Positions 56,746 through 64,000 of a stretch of 64,000 nucleotides of DNA are shown here, one piece after another. The stretch is from Eledone cirrhosa (Eukaryota): the NCBI GenBank assembly GCA_964016885.1, contig OZ024743.1:76012001-76076000 (forward strand). Direction: 5' to 3'. The position numbers were made by a program, and so were the translations under genes. The notes below the pieces were generated by a model. That model saw nothing but the letters and a program-made list of their open reading frames with translations. It was not told where the DNA came from and did not search any database. The first letter of the stretch is position 1; every line of letters begins with the position of its first letter.

Positions 56746-56781
56746 TCTTAACGTTTCGGATACTAGTCCTTCATCAGAAGA
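56746..56781 (-). ncRNA. Minimal type I hammerhead ribozyme (family F)
   Basis: rc: UCUU CUGAUGA a GGA cuagua UCC GAAA CG UU AAGA. Confidence 0.78.
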
Positions 56782-56888
56782 AAGAATAAGAAATAAGATA
56801 AGATAAGATAGATTGAGGGGACAGTGGGTTAAAATAGGAAAAAATGTCTTTAGATAAAAATAACAGGTCCATCCATGTCGACATCTCT

Positions 56889-56992
<104 letters not shown>

Positions 56993-57046
56993 AATTATAA
57001 ATGCGAGGAAAGAATAAGCAAAGAATTACATATTTTTTCTTCAAAG

Positions 57047-57134
57047 TCCCTACAGCCGTTTCATCGACTGGTCTGCAGCACTGGTTTACCACAGAAGTGC
57101 ACCAACGCCGTGAGGTTGTCAAATCTTCAAGGAG
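57047..57134 (-). ncRNA. Hammerhead variant (UUGAAGA core) with long stem II insert
   Basis: rc: UCC UUGAAGA u UUGAC..(~50 nt)..GUCGA u GAAA CGGCUG UA GGG. Confidence 0.55.
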
Positions 57135-57267
57135 ATCCTTTTCTGGACTGTTTCCTGACCTGACCGTTACAAAGTGATTATTTCTCTGGAGGAAGAACTC
57201 GTCACGTGGTACAGTCCATGAGACGAGTTGGGTAGAAGTGGTAACACAACAGTTAGTTCACCACACC

Positions 57268-57302
57268 GAGAACAATTGTTTCACCTTAGCGGATCCTCAG
57301 CC
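57268..57302 (-). ncRNA. Hammerhead (family A copy, stem I weakened)
   Basis: rc: G CUGAGGA uCC gcuaa GGu GAAA CAAUUG UU CUC. Confidence 0.65.
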
Positions 57303-57371
57303 TGTATTGGTCATGGTTATACGGAACAGGAAGGACATGTATATTTGTGTGTATGTACATATATAGATGTG

Positions 57372-57458
<87 letters not shown>

Positions 57459-57468
57459 ACAAACGCAA

Positions 57469-57501
<33 letters not shown>

Positions 57502-57633
57502 ATATGGTAATGGAATAATTATATTGTGTTGTTTATTATATAATTAAATAGCTCTGTACTATACATATAGCACTCTTCTTTCCTTTACCTTTTCTACGGA
57601 AATACTTAATATACACACACACACACACACACA

Positions 57634-57668
<35 letters not shown>

Positions 57669-58044
57669 GGGTGGGCGAAGAAACAGTAGAGGCTAAAATA
57701 CAGTCTGGCGATCTCAATATGGTGTCAAGAGGGAAAATCCTCAAATATTCTCACAGTTTCAAGAAACCCAAACTTCCTTTTGTGATGTTCAGGTAGTGAT
57801 AAGTAAGCAAGGGAAAGAACTCCTTTAGCCTGGGATGATTAAGGGAGATAACTCCTCAAACCTGGGTTAAACCAAGTATTTTTGAACAATTTAAGTTTGA
57901 GTATGAGCATATAGACATTATCTATAAAGCAGCTTGGTGAAGAACTTTCAGTCTTATTAGGTCCCCCCAACGAAACATAATGCTTAAATTCTTCCCTCTT
58001 TCCTATATTCAGTTTTGCTGTTCCAGCTTAACCAACATACTAAG

Positions 58045-58085
58045 AGTTTCTGATGAGATCTAATAAGATCGAAACATGTCCACTG
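58045..58085 (+). ncRNA. Minimal hammerhead core (family G), stem I weak
   Basis: CUGAUGA GAUC uaauaa GAUC GAAA CAUG UC; stem I pairing is poor. Confidence 0.65.
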
Positions 58086-58399
58086 GTTTCCCTACGTTAT
58101 CTTATACGTAAGGTTCACCTACATTTTTGAAATTGTTCTAAAATATTTGGATCAGTTTTGCTTATTACTCCATACACACACACAAACGCACATATATATA
58201 TAAATATATATGTGTGTGAGTGTGTGAGAGAGAGTCCCGGGTTCAAACGGGGGTAACCTCAATAACTAAGGTACTCAAGAGTAGAGTGTATACAATAAAT
58301 TTAATATACAAATGGCTTCGAACTATTTCATTCGAAGGAAATCATCAGAATGAAATAGTTCTAGTCCTATAGAACCCATTCCTATATTAAATTTGTTGT

Positions 58400-59452
58400 A
58401 TATATATATATGGATGTCAATCTGTCTGTCTATCTGTGTAAATCCCTAAAACTCGAGAAGTACCCGACCGTTTTTTTTCAAACTTTACACATGCGTTACT
58501 TATATTTTTTGAAGTGCAATGGGTTAAAAATGTTTTTACTTTTTCTCCTCTAGGGCCGGCATTAACGAAAAACCGCATTTTAAAGGCATTTTTAGGCTTT
58601 TTTGAGGCGTAACTTAAAGATAATCTGCAGCACACATTAGTTAGTTAAAAATTTGCAGCACACATTAGTTAGTCCCCTCGCGTTGCTGTGGACGAAAAAA
58701 TTTCCGATTCCATTAACGGTTTCTAGGAAATTTACGAATTAGCATTGGGCATTACATGCCATTTTCAATATAAACGATACTTAAACATCGTAAGTAGCGT
58801 ATAATATTTCGTTAAAAATTTGATTTATTTAACAGAGGACACAACACTTACTTACTTTTAAGCAGGGCTATTTTCGGGGGATTAAGGAAATGAGGAGGAC
58901 CTTAACATTTTTGTCGGCGCCCTGTTGACGCTTCGTGCTTTCATCACGCGCAAATCCGGGCCCTGTGTATGTTGCCGTGTTATTGACACTGTAAAACTCA
59001 CGTCTGTGCTACTTCTACTAAGAACCCCTTTTGTTGCACCTACACCGCAGTATGAACGCCCCGCGCAAGTACGCCGAACAGTGGTTGTGCTAATTCCGCG
59101 GTGCCCTTTTGTCCCACCTTTGTTGCTGTGTAAACGCCGTGCAACCAGTGTCGCCCAGCGTTTGTGCTAAATGCACTATGACCCCTTTCTGCTGCAGCTG
59201 CGTTGCCACGCTGATTTCGTCATCTCAATATTCCTACTTAAGCGTACATCCCTACTTGGTTTTAACACAAATGACTACGCCGCTACTTCAGACTAATGTA
59301 TGTTCCCCATCCGTGACGTAATTCGTGAAGAGACTTACAACATACATCGCCCCACAACACTCCTTTTCGCATGCACGATTTCCGCAATCTTTGTATATGC
59401 CTGTTGCTATTTCACGTTTCCTACCCCGTGCAACGCCGGGTCCTGCTGCTAG
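58400..59452 (+). mobile_element. Non-autonomous Helitron-like element
   Basis: 5' tatata..tctgtctgtct-type start; 3' GC-rich hairpin-like ccccgtgcaacgccggg followed by CTAG|T, the Helitron 3' signature. Confidence 0.65.
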
Positions 59453-59644
59453 TATATATATAAAGTGAAGAGAACGAAGGTTTTTAACTTCAAATATGTC
59501 TGCTCTGCCAACCTCTTTTACAGCGAGAACGTTAAACTTACGTACTCCAGACCACCAGCAGACCTTCGGCACGAATTCAGATGTTCACGCCTTACCAAAA
59601 TTAATAGTCGAATATTCCATTATAATCATTCATATATCTATCTA

Positions 59645-60610
59645 TGCCCAGGCGCTCACCGCCCTCTGGCAGGCGGATCCGGTTATCAGTGGAGACTCCA
59701 CCGCAACATTCTATAGAGGGCTGGTACGCAGCAGGTGCGACGACGCCCTCGGAGAAGCCCTAGACATGGAGGAGGACGAACTGGCCAGCCTGTTCGGTAG
59801 GACATTCAGCCCGGGACCTATGGACAACTTCCAGAAGTCCCTGGCCTGGCAGTGCTACCGAGGGGCTTTACCCGTTCGAGAAAGGCTCTACAGACACGGG
59901 CGCCCGGGTAGGGACCCCGCCAAAAAGATCTGTCCCAGATGCGTGTGCGACGAGGAAACCGTTGCACACGCATTGGTACACTGCTCGGGCGTAGCCGATC
60001 TGTGGGGCTATGTCGAACAACTGCTGTCAAGGGTGGGACCGATCCGGTTGACCACCGAGTCTATTGTAATGATCAAGCCGCCTCCCCCCTTCAAAGATGA
60101 AGCAGAGGCGGTGTTTCTGTGCGTAATAGCCATGGCGAAAGAGGTTGTATGGTGGACGCGTCTGAAAGGACTGAGGTCGGGCACCTTTCTCTCTGGCCAA
60201 CAACTGGTCCGTTTCTTCCGATATCATTTCGGAAGAAGGATCAGGATGGAGAGAGAGGTGCTGCACCCCAGCCGTTTCTATGAAAGATGGGTGAAAGTGG
60301 CGAGAATGGCCCGTGTGAATGGGCCTTCACTCTACATCAGACTATAGGTGAGGAAGATGAAAGACCAAGGGAGCACCCCTTCTCTGTGCTCCTGAGGAGT
60401 AGGGTTGCACACTTTTTTCGGGGGTGTGTGCGACCCCCCAAGGCGCCTCCTCTCTATTGAGGATTTTGTTAAAAATTTTATTTTTTGTTATATCTTATTT
60501 TATTTTTATATTTTGTTATTGCCTCCTCCTTATTGAGGACGCCTTTTTGTGTAAACTCCCCCCTTTGTACTTGTCCCACTTTTGATGCCCTAGTGGCAAA
60601 TAAAAGAAAT
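59645..60610 (+). mobile_element. L1/Tx1-clade LINE 3' fragment (zf-RVT CCHC) with 3' UTR and polyA signal; ORF open to the stop at 60347
   Basis: W..YRGALPV...L......CPRC...EETVAHALVHC..V..LW; GC-rich; ends gcaaataaaagaa before a microsatellite. Confidence 0.88.
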
Positions 60611-60644
60611 ATATCTATGAAACATATCTATCTATCTATCTATC

Positions 60645-60676
<32 letters not shown>

Positions 60677-60697
60677 AACAGAGAGAGAGAGAGAAAA

Positions 60698-60774
<77 letters not shown>

Positions 60775-60846
60775 ACTCGATACATAGGGAATCTCTATAA
60801 ACATCTCTCTCTCCCCCTCTCTCTCGCCCCCCCCCCCCCCTCTCTA

Positions 60847-60909
<63 letters not shown>

Positions 60910-61353
60910 AGCAGAGATGTAACTACCATTAGGCCAACTAGGGAAGTTCCTTTCTTAGCTCGAAAACTAGAGAGGGCAACTTTATATAAGTACTCAATAT
61001 ATATTTAGTTGGTTAATTTGCCGTATATGTTGTTTAATTTATGTATGTGTGTATGTGTGCGCGCGCGTGTGTGTGTGTGTGTGTTTGGTCGTGATGAGAT
61101 CGTTGTGTCAGCGATGGTGGCGACGGTATTGACATGTCAGTAACATGTAAATGTAGGCGTGTCTTAATATAACCCCTCCTCCCATGTAAAGCATTCGTCA
61201 GTGAAGATCCCGTCATTTACATAACAGTCACTCCAGTTGACACAACTCCGAGATTTGGACAACAGCTGACACTGTAGCGATATAAATCTAGTTTATTTTG
61301 TTAAATCAACTGTATAGACACAGATATAAACACATCGCATGTGTACATACATA

Positions 61354-61421
<68 letters not shown>

Positions 61422-61450
61422 TATATATACATACATACATATATCCGCAC

Positions 61451-61510
<60 letters not shown>

Positions 61511-61587
61511 CTTACATACATACATACATACATACATACACATACATACATGCATACATATATACATACATATATACATACATATAT

Positions 61588-62820
61588 GGTGGCTGCCAAC
61601 TCGTTTTCGAGTACGGCCACTACTTTATATCCATGTAGGAGAAACCCTACCGATGCGCTGAACGAGTGTGACTTTTTAGTCCACCCAGCGACTTGAAAAC
61701 TCTGGTAGAAACACTACACTTGTGACAATTATTGACACATAGTGCTGGGTCCATGGTACCATGTGACGACAAGTGCAGAGAGATCTCCAGATATAAAGCA
61801 ATGCCTGTGCCGTGAAGCTTTTATAGTGAGCAAAGGCACTGCACAAAGCCAGTCCCACTCTCTTAACCAAGATGATATTTACCAAAAAGAAGAACAAGTC
61901 AACATCATTAGATACCATCAGGGTTGCAGGTGTTATATCAGAGTTTTCCTTCTCCTAGAATTATGCCTTGACAAAGGTTAAGGGGTCATCTCACCCGGTA
62001 ATTTTGGATGGCCATTGACTCTTATGAGCTCCTTTGCCCTTTGACAGGTTTTGTTTTTAGTCCTGCAGGATGTCCAAAGTCACCCTCCTCACCAAGAAAC
62101 CTTGGTGGGGTTGCCAGTTTAGTCACCAACGACCCGACCATGAGACAGGTTGTACTGGGATACATGTTACCAGTAGCACCAACTGGTGACCTGACATAGT
62201 ATATATATACATACTTACATACATACATACACATACATACATGCATACATATATACATACATATATACATACATATATACATCCATATATACATACACAC
62301 ATATATACATACATATATACATACATATATACATACATATATATATGCATACATACATACATATATACATACATATATACATACGTACATTATATATCGT
62401 GGCTGCCAACTCGTTTTCGAGTACGGCCACTACTTTATATCCATGTAGGAGAAACCCTACCGATGCGCTGAACGAGTGTGACTTTTTAGTCCAGCCAGCG
62501 ACTTGAAAACTCTGGTAGAAACACTACACTTGTGACAATTATTGACACATAGTGCTTTGCCTTTGGTACCATGTGACGACAAGTGCAGAGAGATCTCCAG
62601 ATATAAAGCAATGCCTGTGCTGTGAAGCTTTTATAGTGAGCAAAGGCACTGCACAAAGCCAGTCCCACTCTCTTAACCAAGATGATATTTACCAAAAAGA
62701 ATAACAAGTCAACATCATTGGATACCATCAGGGTTGCAGGTGTTATATCAGAGTTTTCCTTCTCCTAGAATTCTGCCTTATCCAAAATCACCGGAGAGAT
62801 GACCCTTAGCCTTTGTCAAG
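61588..62820 (-). mobile_element. Two tandem diverged copies of the RTE-partner element
   Basis: 61588-61975 closely matches 62398-62778; rc 3' end gtggccgtactcgaaaacgagttggcagcca. Confidence 0.85.
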
Positions 62821-63324
62821 CCTTTATATATATATATACATACATACATACATATATACATACATACGTACGTATATAGACACATACATATATACATACA
62901 TATATACATACCTACATACACACATATACATACATACATACATACATACATACATACATACATACATACATACATACATACATACGCATACATACACACG
63001 TATACATACATACGTATATATACATGTATATATGTGTGTTGGTACACGTGTCTGTGTAAAGTAGACATGACTAAAATTACCAGAAGTTGAAACTTGTCTC
63101 ATATATTTCTAGATCTCTTTTCTTTATCTCTGTCTCCCTCCCTACCCTCTCTCTCTCTCTCTTTATATATATATATATATATATATGTACACACACGCAC
63201 ACACTTACACACAGAGACACACACACAAAGACACACATACATAGACACACACACGCACACACTTACACACAGAGACACATATACACATACATATACAGAT
63301 ACACACACAGACATATGTATATAT

Positions 63325-63412
<88 letters not shown>

Positions 63413-63487
63413 ATGAGTTATTTTATAAATAAAAGAAGAAAAAAGACGAGATGTCCCACACAGGTGAAAGTATACGGAAAAGAAATC

Positions 63488-63719
63488 GAAAATACAACTG
63501 GAGTCTTTGAAGAATATTTATTTATTTACTTTACCGGTTTCTATTTACTTTACCGGTTTCACAGTTCTTATGATTTTCAAAAGAAGAATTGTGATGGAGG
63601 GTTTGTAGTTTATCTCGCATCTAAACCCTCCATCTCAATTTTACTTTTGAAAATCATAAGAACTGTGAAACCGGTAAAGTAAATACATAAATAATCTTGA
63701 AAACACCAGTTGCATTTTC
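63488..63719. mobile_element. Fold-back element with a degenerate hammerhead in each arm
   Basis: Imperfect ~100-bp arms; right arm 63640-63683 reads UUUACUU uUGAAaA ucauaagaacugu GAAA CCGG UA AAGUAAA (7-bp stem I). Confidence 0.65.
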
Positions 63720-63765
63720 AATTTATTTTCCTCATACACACACACACACGCACGCACACACACAC

Positions 63766-63876
<111 letters not shown>

Positions 63877-63950
63877 ACAGAGGTATATGTAAAGGCGTAT
63901 ACGATATGTTGATGTGTAATAAACATATAAATGTCCCGCTAGGAATATGT

Positions 63951-63981
<31 letters not shown>

Positions 63982-64000
63982 TATGAAGAGAGAAGAAACA

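Noticed and set aside
59496-59645. N-terminal part of the 283-aa ORF
   Set aside because: Lies upstream of the LINE truncation point; different composition and no recognisable motif.

Overview
AT-rich, gene-poor animal DNA saturated with microsatellites ((TA)n, (CA)n, (TATG)n, (TC)n, (CCA)n, (CAA)n) and transposon debris. The repeat make-up suggests an octopod cephalopod, which is my inference. Nearly all ORFs in the supplied track are microsatellite artefacts, and no intact host gene is supported (two weak exon candidates only). Recognisable elements: Penelope-like retroelement (PLE) RT/GIY-YIG fragments, including one with the classic inverted pLTR; RTE, R4/Dong-like (RLE) and L1/Tx1 LINE fragments; two tRNA-derived SINE families; an RTE-partner non-autonomous element; mariner, hAT and Helitron remnants; and several minisatellites. 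The main signal is about 18 type I hammerhead ribozyme motifs, found by eye, from roughly a dozen unrelated sequence families. Most lie in short (TA)n-embedded elements, many built as fold-back palindromes with an unpaired tail carrying a shared GAGT(A/G)CT motif. Coordinates were counted by hand and may be off by a few bases.
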